64,000 bases of DNA from an uncultured Gammaproteobacteria bacterium (GCA_964463925.1 CAYXDV010000003.1:19455-83454); one strand, 5' to 3'; positions 20,178 to 29,950 are shown, counted from the first letter of the stretch. The notes: generated from the letters alone by a model not told the origin. Numbers and translations: made by a program.

Positions 20178-22301
20178 TTACTGGTTATCAGAAGTTGTAT
20201 TATGTTGGATTAGGATTTCTCTTGGTTTGGCTCCATTGTTTGGACCAATAATTCCTGCCTGTTCTAATTCATCCAAGACACGAGCTGCTCTGGCATAGCC
20301 AAACTTCAAACGTCGTTGCAACAGAGAGGCGCTGGCTTTACCAGTTTCCTGGATAACTTTTATGGCAGCATCAAACATTGGATCTCGATCTTCCCCTTCG
20401 ACTGGTTCACCCAGTTGCACACGCTTGCCATTGTTCATTACAGATACTGATTGGTTGAGAATAGAAGTGTCGTAGTCTGGAGTCCGCTGAGATTTGATCT
20501 GATCGACTAGTCGAGTAATTTCCTTATCTGACAAAAAGCATCCTTGCATACGAACAGGTTTGGCCAGCTCTGGTGGAGTGTAGAGCATATCACCTTTGCC
20601 TAACAGTTTCTCAGCACCAGGTGAGTCAAGAATGACCCGAGAATCGGTCATACTGGAAACGGCAAAGGCCACACGAGTAGGAATATTTGCTTTGATTAGA
20701 CCAGTTAGAACATCTACAGAAGGCCGCTGAGTAGCCAAGACTAAATGGATACCGACTGCCCGGGCCATTTGAGCAATACGGACGATACTGTCTTCTACTT
20801 CGGAGGGAGCAAAAAGCATAATGTCAGCCAACTCATCAATTACAATTATGATATAAGGCATATTTTGAAATCCGGATATCTCGTGGAAAGATTCAATATT
20901 TTTTGCACCAACCTGAGCAAAATGCTTATAACGTCGATCCATTTCCTGAGTAGCCCATTTGAGGGCCGAGATAACCTTTTCAGGTTCAACAATTACTGGG
21001 GCGAGCAAATGAGGAATATCGTTGTAGGGTGTCAATTCCACACGCTTTGGATCGACCATAATAAAACGGACTTCGTCGGGGCTGGCACGGAAAAGAATGG
21101 TGGCAATCCAGGAATTAACACAGACTGATTTTCCGGAACCAGTTTGACCGGCAATTAAAACATGGGGCATTTTGGCAATATTAGCAATTCTTGGTTTTCC
21201 AGAAACATCGAGTCCAAGTGGAACGGCGATTTTGGATTTAACATCAACAAAGGCTTCTGATTCCAGAATTTTACGAATTGGTACAGTTTCCAGGCTACGA
21301 TTTGGAACTTCAATACCCACAAGCGATCGGCCTGGAATTGGGGCTTCAACCCGGATTTGGCCACCTGGAGCGGCCAGGGCCATGGCCAAATCATTACCCA
21401 AACTAACAATTTTTGCAAGCTTAGTACCCAGTGCAACTTCCAAAGCATACTGCGTAACCGAAGGACCATTGTTTACTTCTTTAACCCTGGCAGTAATACC
21501 AAAAGATTCCAAAGTTTGCTCAATAGTTTGGGCATTTTTCTTTACATCACCTCTATCGGCTTTGGTGCCTGGACTATTGTCAAACAAATCTAGACTTGGA
21601 TACTCCCAAGCCTGATTGTTCGAAGAAGATTTAGGTTTCAAATCTATTTCAGTCTGCAAGGGGACTGGTGGTTTTATTGGAGAGTTTAAAATTGGTTTTG
21701 TGCCAGTAATATAGTCATCCTTTTCATCTTTGACAAATTGAATTTCTTTTTTCTCAATTTTTGTTTTAGCCTTTAGGCTTTCTTTGGCAACTTTACTTAC
21801 ACGACCAAAAGTATATTTGTAGCAGGCTTGCAAAAAAGCCGAAACAATCTTGAAAACTTGGACTATATTTGTATCAAACAAAATTACAAAACCAATTAAG
21901 GCGAAGGACAAATAAACTAGAAATGCCGGAAAAGCAGACAATAAGTCGCTCAGATTTTGCCAAAAAAATAGACCAATTTGCCCTTGTCGAAGTAGGCCAA
22001 GCAAGGCAGAAAATAGAATGTGAAAACCAAAGAAAATATTTGCTTGTTTGAATGGTGAGTTAACTTTGGCAAAAATAAAACCAATTAAAATCAGCCAAAA
22101 GGGCACTAAAACAGACATTAAGCCAAATTTTGAAATCAAAAAGCCGTTAAAAGCTACGGGTATGTTTCCTGTACCTAAAAATGAATATACCGCAAAGATA
22201 GCCAAAAAAATGAACAAGAAAAAGAAAACAGTGTAAACTGTTTCATCTTTCACCTCTAGTTTTGGCAAACCAGGTGAAGCTTTTTTGGATTTTCTTGCCA
22301 T
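20178..22301 (-). CDS. ftsK: DNA translocase FtsK/SpoIIIE
   Basis: N-terminal polytopic TM region, then Walker A GQTGSGKS, Walker B VIDELAD, and a C-terminal gamma-domain winged helix. Confidence 0.92.
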   Translation of the reverse strand: MARKSKKASPGLPKLEVKDETVYTVFFFLFIFLAIFAVYSFLGTGNIPVAFNGFLISKFGLMSVLVPFWLILIGFIFAKVNSPFKQANIFFGFHILFSALLGLLRQGQIGLFFWQNLSDLLSAFPAFLVYLSFALIGFVILFDTNIVQVFKIVSAFLQACYKYTFGRVSKVAKESLKAKTKIEKKEIQFVKDEKDDYITGTKPILNSPIKPPVPLQTEIDLKPKSSSNNQAWEYPSLDLFDNSPGTKADRGDVKKNAQTIEQTLESFGITARVKEVNNGPSVTQYALEVALGTKLAKIVSLGNDLAMALAAPGGQIRVEAPIPGRSLVGIEVPNRSLETVPIRKILESEAFVDVKSKIAVPLGLDVSGKPRIANIAKMPHVLIAGQTGSGKSVCVNSWIATILFRASPDEVRFIMVDPKRVELTPYNDIPHLLAPVIVEPEKVISALKWATQEMDRRYKHFAQVGAKNIESFHEISGFQNMPYIIIVIDELADIMLFAPSEVEDSIVRIAQMARAVGIHLVLATQRPSVDVLTGLIKANIPTRVAFAVSSMTDSRVILDSPGAEKLLGKGDMLYTPPELAKPVRMQGCFLSDKEITRLVDQIKSQRTPDYDTSILNQSVSVMNNGKRVQLGEPVEGEDRDPMFDAAIKVIQETGKASASLLQRRLKFGYARAARVLDELEQAGIIGPNNGAKPREILIQHNTTSDNQ

Positions 22302-22414
22302 GTAATCAGTATAAACAGACTACCGAGTCAGTTCAACTGGATATGAAACTAAGCACATTGTTTTAAAAAGATTGATTGAAATACGGTAGATTTTCTTAGA
22401 ACTTAACAAGATAT

Positions 22415-22846
22415 TCATTTTTCTCTGGCAGATTTTATACGAGGACTGATTTTACAAAATTTCACACCACACATTTTGCACCCCAATTCCCCGTCTGGTT
22501 GGTTTATTAACAAAAAGTTTAGAGAACTATGTGAAGGTGGTACGTCTAATACAGCATTTACCAGTCTTCCTCCTAGATCAGATCCGGCTTCTAGCGGTCC
22601 TTTTCGAATTAATTGGTCACTTCCACCCCAGGCAGTACAAGTGCCTCCAATGGCAATTTGTCCCCCTTTGTTACCACCTTGTCTGGCATGAGGACATTTC
22701 TCTGGATGATCAGGGTTTTTACATTTACCTGAGAATAATATTTCTACACTCACTCTCCACAAACGATTACCTTCTTTGTAACCAAAACTAGCATTGGTTT
22801 TGTTTAGTCCAGATGGCCATTTAACACGATCAAATCCTTTTGGCAT
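22415..22846 (-). CDS. Hypothetical small Gly/Cys-rich protein with a weak NucB-like GFDRxxWP motif; locally elevated GC
   Basis: 143 aa; native-looking AT-rich codon usage. MPKGFDRVKWP resembles the GYDRDEWP block of secreted NucA/NucB DNases, but the N-terminal half of that fold is not present in frame. Gly-rich centre (GGNKGGQIAIGGTCTAWGG) and CxxC near the C-terminus (GCKMCGVKFC). Confidence 0.45.
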   Translation of the reverse strand: MPKGFDRVKWPSGLNKTNASFGYKEGNRLWRVSVEILFSGKCKNPDHPEKCPHARQGGNKGGQIAIGGTCTAWGGSDQLIRKGPLEAGSDLGGRLVNAVLDVPPSHSSLNFLLINQPDGELGCKMCGVKFCKISPRIKSAREK

Positions 22847-22859
22847 TTTTTATTTTAAC

Positions 22860-23040
22860 ATAACCTATAATTTATTTACTTAGTAGCTTTGGACGAAGAA
22901 GTAATTTCTACTGAGATAACCGACAGTTTCCTGCGACATTGGGTACAATGTGGCAGCTCGTAGCAATACCTCATGTCGGCGCCATCTCCTCGCGACTTAA
23001 TCGTTATGTGATGATCTAGCAAATAAAACACTACAAATAT
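22860..23040 (-). other. GC-rich intergenic region with nested inverted repeats; candidate structured 5' leader or small RNA upstream of ORF 22415..22846
   Basis: Longest non-coding stretch in the window (about 200 nt). Minus-strand reading ...GGCGCCGACAUGAGGUAUUGCUACGAGCUGCCACAUUGUACCCAAUGUCGCAGGAAACUGUCGGUUAUC... has CCGACA/UGUCGG long-range pairing enclosing a CACAUUG-UACC-CAAUGU hairpin. No tRNA T-loop motif is present. Confidence 0.25.
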
Positions 23041-23048
23041 GGTATGGG

Positions 23049-24473
23049 TTAGTAGCTTTGGGCAAAAAGCCAGGTGGTAGAACAGGGCTCTCCGGTTAGA
23101 AAATCTTTGCCTTTGATGGATTCTTGGTCAAGTGGCTGGCAGCGGCTAGTAGCTTTGGTTTCTTCTTTGATTTTGGCTTCTGACTCGGCAGTTTGGTTCC
23201 AAAAAACTTTAATAAAACCTCGGTGCTTTTGCATTATCTCTTTAAACTCATCATAGTTAGTTGCAAACCTAGTATTGTCATCTTGATATTTTTTAGCTTT
23301 GGCATACATCTCCTCATGTATTTGATCTAATAATAGTGGTAATTTGGTTTGTAAATCGGTAGCAGAAATCGATATTTTTTCTCCTGTATTGCGCTTAACT
23401 AGGGTAAATACATTTGCTTCGGCTTCTTTTTGGCCGATTTCTAATCGTAGCGGATAGCCCTCCAACTCAATTTGGTGAAGACGATAACCCAATGACTTAG
23501 TGAAATCAGAATCTATTTTTACTCTAAAATTGGATGATAATTTATTTTTTAATTCTTCTGACTTGGTAAGTAATTGAGGATCGTTTTTGATAGGGACAAT
23601 AACTATTTGGATGGGCGCTACACGAGGTGGTAAAACTAGACCTTTATCATCACCATGCATGAGTATAAGTGCTCCGATAGAGCGAGTAGAATAACCCCAG
23701 GAATTTTGCCAAACATATTTTTTCTGACCATCCTGGTCTTGAAAACCAACATTAAAAGTTTTGCTAAAATTTTGACCAAGGTCGTGGCTGGTACAGCTTT
23801 GAAGTGACTTGCCAGAAGGCATTAAAGATTCAAAAGTTAAGGTGGCATCAGCCCCAGCAAATTTTTCTGATTCTGATTTTTTGCCAACTATTCCCGGAAT
23901 TGCCAAAAGCTCGTTGTAGGTTTTTTCGTAAAGTCGAATAGCCCACAAAACCATTTCCCAGTTTTCTTCGGAGGTAGCATGGGCACAATGACCTTCCTGC
24001 CACAAAAATTCACTAGTACGCAAAAAAGGGATTGTTCTTTTTTCCCAACGAAGGACATTGTTCCACTGATTAATCAACATCGGCAAATCGCGATGAGACT
24101 GGATCCATTTGGAGTAGGATTCATACATTATTGTTTCTGAAGTTGGACGAATAACTAGTCGTTCAGTTAGCTCTTCACCACCACCGACCGTAACGTAGGC
24201 ACATTCAGGGGCAAAACCAGCCACATGTTGCTTTTCACGATGTAAAAAAGTTTCTGGGATTAATAGTGGAAAATAACCATTTTGGACACCTTTATCTTTT
24301 ATAAAACGATCCATAAACGACATAATATTTTCCCAAAGAGCATAGCCCCTTGGCATAATTATCATAGTTCCTTTGACTGGACCGTAATCGGCTAGTTTGG
24401 CTTGTTCAATTACAGAAACATACCAATCGGACAAATCTTGGGTTCTTTTTGGTAATTGATTTGCAAAAGCCAT
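23049..24473 (-). CDS. proS: Prolyl-tRNA synthetase (archaeal/eukaryote-like type without insertion editing domain)
   Basis: 474 aa; class II motifs; C-terminal Zn-binding-type tail ending ...TWLFAQSY. Confidence 0.92.
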   Translation of the reverse strand: MAFANQLPKRTQDLSDWYVSVIEQAKLADYGPVKGTMIIMPRGYALWENIMSFMDRFIKDKGVQNGYFPLLIPETFLHREKQHVAGFAPECAYVTVGGGEELTERLVIRPTSETIMYESYSKWIQSHRDLPMLINQWNNVLRWEKRTIPFLRTSEFLWQEGHCAHATSEENWEMVLWAIRLYEKTYNELLAIPGIVGKKSESEKFAGADATLTFESLMPSGKSLQSCTSHDLGQNFSKTFNVGFQDQDGQKKYVWQNSWGYSTRSIGALILMHGDDKGLVLPPRVAPIQIVIVPIKNDPQLLTKSEELKNKLSSNFRVKIDSDFTKSLGYRLHQIELEGYPLRLEIGQKEAEANVFTLVKRNTGEKISISATDLQTKLPLLLDQIHEEMYAKAKKYQDDNTRFATNYDEFKEIMQKHRGFIKVFWNQTAESEAKIKEETKATSRCQPLDQESIKGKDFLTGEPCSTTWLFAQSY

Positions 24474-24496
24474 GGGTTATTGTAGCAAAACAAGAA

Positions 24497-26245
24497 TTAT
24501 TCTACCTCAATAATCAGCGGCAGAACCATTGGTTGACGGCCAGTTTTTTCGTAGATCACGGTTTCGACATGAGATTGGATTTGATCTTTTATGTATTCAA
24601 AATTGCTAGGTGTACCGGAATTTTCTTTGAATTTTAATTTGGCCTCATCCTTTAGATAGTTAATTAGATCAGTGTTTTCTTTAACAAAAACAAAACCGCG
24701 GGAAAGAACAATTGGCTCTTTGACCATGGCTCCGGTTTCAGCATTAACCAGCATAATAATGGTAAACATGCCTTCTTCAGCCAGGGCTTTTCGGTCGCGT
24801 AAAACTGTAGCTCCTACATCACCTACACCAAAACCATCAATTAGAACTTTTCTAAAAGGTATGATGGCACTTAAATCCACATTCTTTTCAGAATTAAAGG
24901 TGACAGTCTGATTTATATCCGGGCTAATAAGACGCGAGCTATCATAGCCCATGGTTTTGGCCATATCATGATAGGCACGGATATGTCTGTAATTTCCGCC
25001 AATTGGTAGTAAATATTGGGGACGGAGCATATTGATTAAAAGAGCATGTTCAGCTTGATAGCCATGGCCAGATACATGGACTTCCTTTTCACCGTAGACA
25101 ACTTCTACACCCATTTTAGAAAGAGTGTCGATCATAGTATGAATGGCAGAAACTGTTCCAGGAATGTAATCTGGGGAACTAAAAATTACTTTGTCTCCTG
25201 ATTTTATTTTTACCTGATGCTTACCCATAATCATTTTAGACAGAGCAGATTCAGGCTGACCGGCAAAACCAGCAACTAAAAACATCAACTTGTCATCGCC
25301 AAAATTTTTAACTTTGGAAACATCTACTAAATCTTGGTCTTTTATGTCCAAATATCCAAGTTCTTTAGCCAATTTAATAGCTTTATCGACACTAAATCCA
25401 ACAGTTACTATTTTTCTACCAGTACGCTTACCGTAAGTAATGGCCTGGCCCCAGCGGACAATGTTGCTACTAATTGTGGTCACAAAAACCCGTCCTTTGG
25501 CAGTTTTGATCTCGTGTTCGAAATTCTCGGCAATTGAGCGCTCGCTTGGGGAAAAACCTTCATGTTCGGCACCCAGAGAATCTGAGAGTAAACACAGAAC
25601 TCCATTGCTACCTACTCGACAAATATGCTGCAGATCAGCAAATTTTCCGTCCATTGGCAGGGTATCAAATTTAAAGTCAGAACCATGATATACAGTACCA
25701 ACTGGAGTAGTAATAGCAAAATGATGAGTGTCTGGAATACTGTGATTTACTAAAATTGGGTCGATTTTGAAAGGACCCTTTTCCATAATCTGACTGTGTT
25801 TGTATTCAATTAAATTGACCCTAATCTGAGCCTCGGCTAGCCGAGAGCTGATAAAAGCAACGGCTAATTTGGGGGCAAAAATTGGAATATTGGTTCCTAA
25901 AATAGGCATCATAAAGCGGACTGCCCCAATATGATCTTCGTGTCCGTGTGTTATGAAAATACCTAAGATGCGGTCTTTTTTGTCTTTTAAATATTCTGGA
26001 TCTGGGATAATTAAATCCACGCCGAAAATGTCAGTTTCCGGAAACCCGACTCCACAGTCGACAATAATAATTTGAGATTTATTGAAATCTCCGTTTGGGG
26101 CGTATTCATAGGCAAACATATTTTGAGTTACGTTGCCAAAACCACCCAGGGCTATAATGCGCAGAGCATCGCTTCCCTTGTTAAATGTTTTGATAAATTG
26201 TTTTGGTGCAGGTTGATACCTGTCGTTTTTCTTAGCTTGAAGCAT
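24497..26245 (-). CDS. rnj: Ribonuclease J (metallo-beta-lactamase/beta-CASP)
   Basis: HGHEDHIG motif, beta-CASP region and C-terminal domain; 582 aa. Confidence 0.92.
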   Translation of the reverse strand: MLQAKKNDRYQPAPKQFIKTFNKGSDALRIIALGGFGNVTQNMFAYEYAPNGDFNKSQIIIVDCGVGFPETDIFGVDLIIPDPEYLKDKKDRILGIFITHGHEDHIGAVRFMMPILGTNIPIFAPKLAVAFISSRLAEAQIRVNLIEYKHSQIMEKGPFKIDPILVNHSIPDTHHFAITTPVGTVYHGSDFKFDTLPMDGKFADLQHICRVGSNGVLCLLSDSLGAEHEGFSPSERSIAENFEHEIKTAKGRVFVTTISSNIVRWGQAITYGKRTGRKIVTVGFSVDKAIKLAKELGYLDIKDQDLVDVSKVKNFGDDKLMFLVAGFAGQPESALSKMIMGKHQVKIKSGDKVIFSSPDYIPGTVSAIHTMIDTLSKMGVEVVYGEKEVHVSGHGYQAEHALLINMLRPQYLLPIGGNYRHIRAYHDMAKTMGYDSSRLISPDINQTVTFNSEKNVDLSAIIPFRKVLIDGFGVGDVGATVLRDRKALAEEGMFTIIMLVNAETGAMVKEPIVLSRGFVFVKENTDLINYLKDEAKLKFKENSGTPSNFEYIKDQIQSHVETVIYEKTGRQPMVLPLIIEVE

Positions 26246-26330
26246 AAAAATTAAATAATATAAATAAACAGTTTAATGACAAATCTCGTCCCATTAAACT
26301 AAGCTTTGACTAAAGTGTAGCACACTTGAT

Positions 26331-27389
26331 TTACCATTGTGGCAGAAAGTCTTTGATGTTTGATTCATCAACAATCACATAAGGTGCGCTGCCTTCAAAA
26401 ATTATCTTAGCAACTTTACGGCACAGCCCCTCTACATTTCGTTTTAAAGTACGTACTCCCGAATCAAACCCGAGTGGACGGACAATATTGGGCCAAACAG
26501 TATCTTTTATTTGAAGCTCGTTTGCATCGAGTCCAGTATCTTCCATGGCCCTGGGGAGTAGATAAAGTTTGGCAATACCAATTTTTTCTTCGTCGGTATA
26601 ACTAGGCATTTGGATAACTTCTAATCTATCCATAACGGCAGTGGCAATTCGAGTTGTATTGTTACAAGTTGCCACAAAAATGCAATTACTTAGATCAAAA
26701 GGATACTCTAAATAATGATCTTCAAAACGGTTGTTTTGTTCTGGATCCAAAAGTTCAACCAAAACGCCCATTATTGTATTTAGGGCTTCATCAGCCACCC
26801 GATCAATTTCGTCTAATAAAATAACTGGGTTGTTGTATCCGGCACGAGACAGTCCCTTGATAATCTGGCCTGGTTCGGCATTTGGATACTGTCTAGACTG
26901 GCCGCGCAAGTAGAGTGGATCACCCAAGCCTCCAAAGGGAATACGAATGAGCTGTCTGCCCATCATTTTGGCAATAGATTTGGCCATAGTGGTTTTCCCT
27001 GTTCCTACTAAGCCAACAAACAACAAAATTGGAGCACGTAAATGTTTTTCCTGATTACGATGTTTTTGCAGGGCCAAGGCCGATAAATACTCTAGCATGC
27101 GTTCTTTGACGGAATCTAAGCCATAGTGTTCTTCGTTTAGTTTTTCCCGAGCAAAATTTAGATCTAAAATATCCTGGGATTCTTTAAACCAAGGAAGGGA
27201 GACTATCCAATCCAAATAACGATTTACTTTTTGGTAATTTTCCCAAAAAGTAGCTTCTGACTTGGCATTAATTTCCAGCTGAGAAAAAATTTCTGCTAAT
27301 TTTTCTACCAAACCATCGGGCAATTTTACGCTTTGAGATTTCAAGCGTAGCTTGGCTATAGCCTGATCGATGGTTAAAACTTCGGACAT
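26331..27389 (-). CDS. Lon-like AAA+ ATPase lacking both the N-terminal LON domain and the C-terminal protease domain
   Basis: HYGLDSVKERMLEYLS..., PILLFVGLVGTGKTTMAKSIAKMMGRQLIRIPFGGLGD...LRGQSRQYPNAEPGQIIKGL...PVILLDEIDRV...IFVATCNN...MDRLEVIQMPSYTDEEKIGIAKLYL...GVRTLKRNVEGLCRKVA is co-linear with the Lon AAA+ module. The protein stops at 352 aa, where the protease domain would begin. Confidence 0.8.
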   Translation of the reverse strand: MSEVLTIDQAIAKLRLKSQSVKLPDGLVEKLAEIFSQLEINAKSEATFWENYQKVNRYLDWIVSLPWFKESQDILDLNFAREKLNEEHYGLDSVKERMLEYLSALALQKHRNQEKHLRAPILLFVGLVGTGKTTMAKSIAKMMGRQLIRIPFGGLGDPLYLRGQSRQYPNAEPGQIIKGLSRAGYNNPVILLDEIDRVADEALNTIMGVLVELLDPEQNNRFEDHYLEYPFDLSNCIFVATCNNTTRIATAVMDRLEVIQMPSYTDEEKIGIAKLYLLPRAMEDTGLDANELQIKDTVWPNIVRPLGFDSGVRTLKRNVEGLCRKVAKIIFEGSAPYVIVDESNIKDFLPQW

Positions 27390-27431
27390 TAAATTAGTAT
27401 GCGGATTTTTTTTAGATTTGGCAAATCCAAA

Positions 27432-27695
27432 TTATTTTCTAGGACTAGGTATACTATCGGCAATAACTGCTCCAACTGCTTTTGCAGCACTTGCCAAAAG
27501 AGAATATCTAACGCCATCAATGCCCATGCCTCTTACTGTAACTTCTACAACCTGACTACTACTCCAAGTTTCAGTAACTTCAGATGCACCCCCCAAACCT
27601 CTTACAATCGTAGTTCTACCACCTTCAGGTGGTGGCCCAAATTTCTCTGCGATATTCTGCCATGGATAAAGTACTTTTACATCTTTGCCTTTCAT
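27432..27695 (-). CDS. Hypothetical 87-aa protein translationally coupled to pnp (TAATG overlap)
   Basis: ATG overlaps the pnp stop by 1 nt. Gly/Ala-rich segment LLASAAKAVGAVIADS is faintly SpoVS/Alba-like, but function is unassigned. The opposite-strand ORF 27399..27860 looks non-coding. Confidence 0.5.
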   Translation of the reverse strand: MKGKDVKVLYPWQNIAEKFGPPPEGGRTTIVRGLGGASEVTETWSSSQVVEVTVRGMGIDGVRYSLLASAAKAVGAVIADSIPSPRK

Positions 27696-29950
27696 TATTG
27701 TTTGGTTTTTGAATTGGTAAAGGAGGCGCGGTTGGGAGCCTGGCGACGAGGAGCCGAAGCTGGGGGATGGAAATTGTCAAATTTTGGAGTAAATCCGCTG
27801 TGGCGTTCGCCTGCAAATTTGCGCTCTGTGCGCATTGGCGCAGGGCTGGTATTCGGCTGACCAATATGGGCAGCTTTAAACTCTGGAGCTGAGAGCTTGA
27901 TTTGATGATTGTCGTTAAAACCAGCAATGGTTACTTTTAGCTTGTCTCCTACTTTAATAATAGAGCTAACATCTTTGACAAAACCTGTAGCCATTTCAGA
28001 TATGTGAAGAAGAGCCTCTTGACCTGGCAAGAACTCGACAAAAGCACCATAGCTTTCTACACGCATTACTTCACCATCATATACTTCACCAATTTGTGGT
28101 TCTTTGATCATAGCTTTGATAGCTTCAACACAAGTTTCAACCATGGAGGTATCTAAGCCAGAAATAAAAGCCTGCCCTTGATCGTTAATATCAATTTGAA
28201 CACCATAGCGCTCCATTAACATTTTAATTGTTTTACCGCCGCTGCCAATTACTTCACCAATTTTGTCCTGGGGCAGCTCTAAAATAGAAATCTTTGGAGC
28301 ATGGGCTGCTAGAGTTGGTCTGGGTGAAGCTAGAGTTTTTTCCATGAGGTCTAGAATTTCAAATCTGGCAGTTTGCGATCTAGCAAGTGTTTGTTTGATC
28401 ATTTCCAAAGTTAGACCTGCGCGTTTGATGTCTAGTTGAATGGCTGTAATTCCTTTTCTAGTACCAGTAATTTTAAAATCCATATCACCAAAGTGATCTT
28501 CGATACCAGCAATGTCAGTTAAAAGAACAAAATCCTGATCACTAGTGCTGACCATTCCAGTAGAAATACCGGCAACATGGGCTGAAATTGGTACTCCAGC
28601 ATCCATTAGGGACATAGTGGAGCCACAGGTACTGGCCATAGAGCTAGAACCGTTTTGTGATAGAACTTCACTAGTTAAAACAATGGTGTATGGAAACTGA
28701 TTTGTATTTGGCAAAACGGCCCAAAGAGCTTTTTCAGCCAAGGCTCCATGACCTATTTCACGACGACCAGGACGGCCAGTTCGTCCGGGTTGCCCAGTAG
28801 AAAATGGCATAGCTGAGTAAAAATGCATATAGTTTTTTTCTTGTTCACCTTGGCTATTTTGCATGTATAAACGCTCTTCTAAAGTGCTTAAACTTACATT
28901 AGTAATAGCCTGGGTTAAACCGCGCTGAAAAAAGGCAGAACCATGAGTACCAGGTAAAATACCAGTTTCAATGTTAAGAGGTCGAATTTGGTCAATTTTC
29001 CTACCATCAAAACGCCAGCCAGTCATCATTTTTTGCTTAAAATTAAGCTCCAAAATTTCTAGAGCCGATGCAACAACTTGATTTTCTGTATAGGTACCCT
29101 CGGCAATTTCAGTAGTCATAATGGTTTTGGCAGCGGTGATGAATTTTTCCTCAGCATGGTTGTGAGCTCCATCTTGACCTCCATTTAAAAACTCAGATAC
29201 TTCAGTTTTTAACTTTTTTTCTAAAAGTGAGGATAGTTTATTGTCAGATTCAGCTAAAACCATTTTTGGTTTGCCGAGTTCTTTGGCAATGGCTGCAATT
29301 TGGCTGTTTATGGATTGGGAAGTGGAAACAGCCAGGCTAATGGCCTCAAACATAGTGTCGTTGTCGATGATTTTGCCATCAGCTTCAATCATATTTACAC
29401 CCCAAGGACCGGTGCAAACTAATAGGTCTAGATCACTTTCTTTTAATTCGGAAATAGTCGGATTGGCAATAAGGGTTTTGTCACTTGATCTGGCAATACG
29501 CACGGCACTAACTGGACCATTGAACGGGATGTCGGAAACTGCAAGAGCCACGGCAGCAGACAAAAAGGCAATAACTACATGATCAACATCGGCATCACTA
29601 CTCATTAAAGTAGCAATAACTTGGGTTTCTATTTTAAAATTTGATGGAAATAATGGTCTGATTGAACGATCTATGATTCTACTCTCTAGGACATCGGCAT
29701 CAGACCCGCCAATATCACGTTTGGACCATTTGCCACCTTTAATCTGGGCACCAGCATATAATTTGTGAATAAAATCAACGCTTAAAGGGAAATAATCTTT
29801 GGAACTATCTTCCTGGCCGCAAACTACAGTTGATAAAACCATACAGTTTCCAAGGCTCGCCATAACCGAACCGTTGGTTTGAGGTGCATATTTATTAAAA
29901 GTAAGGGTTACGGTTTTGCCGCTACCCAGAGTGATGGTTTTTTGAATCAT
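27695..29950 (-). CDS. pnp: Polyribonucleotide nucleotidyltransferase (PNPase) with an extended basic C-terminal tail
   Basis: Two RNase PH domains, KH and S1 domains; 751 aa with a roughly 55-aa Pro/Arg-rich extension after S1. Confidence 0.95.
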   Translation of the reverse strand: MIQKTITLGSGKTVTLTFNKYAPQTNGSVMASLGNCMVLSTVVCGQEDSSKDYFPLSVDFIHKLYAGAQIKGGKWSKRDIGGSDADVLESRIIDRSIRPLFPSNFKIETQVIATLMSSDADVDHVVIAFLSAAVALAVSDIPFNGPVSAVRIARSSDKTLIANPTISELKESDLDLLVCTGPWGVNMIEADGKIIDNDTMFEAISLAVSTSQSINSQIAAIAKELGKPKMVLAESDNKLSSLLEKKLKTEVSEFLNGGQDGAHNHAEEKFITAAKTIMTTEIAEGTYTENQVVASALEILELNFKQKMMTGWRFDGRKIDQIRPLNIETGILPGTHGSAFFQRGLTQAITNVSLSTLEERLYMQNSQGEQEKNYMHFYSAMPFSTGQPGRTGRPGRREIGHGALAEKALWAVLPNTNQFPYTIVLTSEVLSQNGSSSMASTCGSTMSLMDAGVPISAHVAGISTGMVSTSDQDFVLLTDIAGIEDHFGDMDFKITGTRKGITAIQLDIKRAGLTLEMIKQTLARSQTARFEILDLMEKTLASPRPTLAAHAPKISILELPQDKIGEVIGSGGKTIKMLMERYGVQIDINDQGQAFISGLDTSMVETCVEAIKAMIKEPQIGEVYDGEVMRVESYGAFVEFLPGQEALLHISEMATGFVKDVSSIIKVGDKLKVTIAGFNDNHQIKLSAPEFKAAHIGQPNTSPAPMRTERKFAGERHSGFTPKFDNFHPPASAPRRQAPNRASFTNSKTKQ

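Noticed and set aside
22476-22791. Plus-strand ORFs 22476..22691 and 22531..22791
   Set aside because: Pro/Leu-rich, low-complexity translations antisense to a better-supported minus-strand ORF with native codon usage.
22847-23048. Possible tRNA or tmRNA/SRP RNA in the GC-rich intergenic region
   Set aside because: No GTTCRANYC T-loop, no cloverleaf-compatible D-arm, and no SRP domain-IV AGCAGC/GGAA motif on either strand. It is kept only as an unclassified structured region.
26272-26298. Inverted repeat TTTAATG-N13-CATTAAA downstream of the Lon-like gene as an intrinsic terminator
   Set aside because: The stem is only 7 bp and entirely A/T, so it is thermodynamically weak. Such a repeat is likely to occur by chance in AT-rich DNA.
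27399-27860. Plus-strand ORF 27399..27860 (153 aa)
   Set aside because: Cys/Ser/Asn-rich junk-like translation. The opposite-strand 87-aa ORF is translationally coupled to pnp and looks coding.
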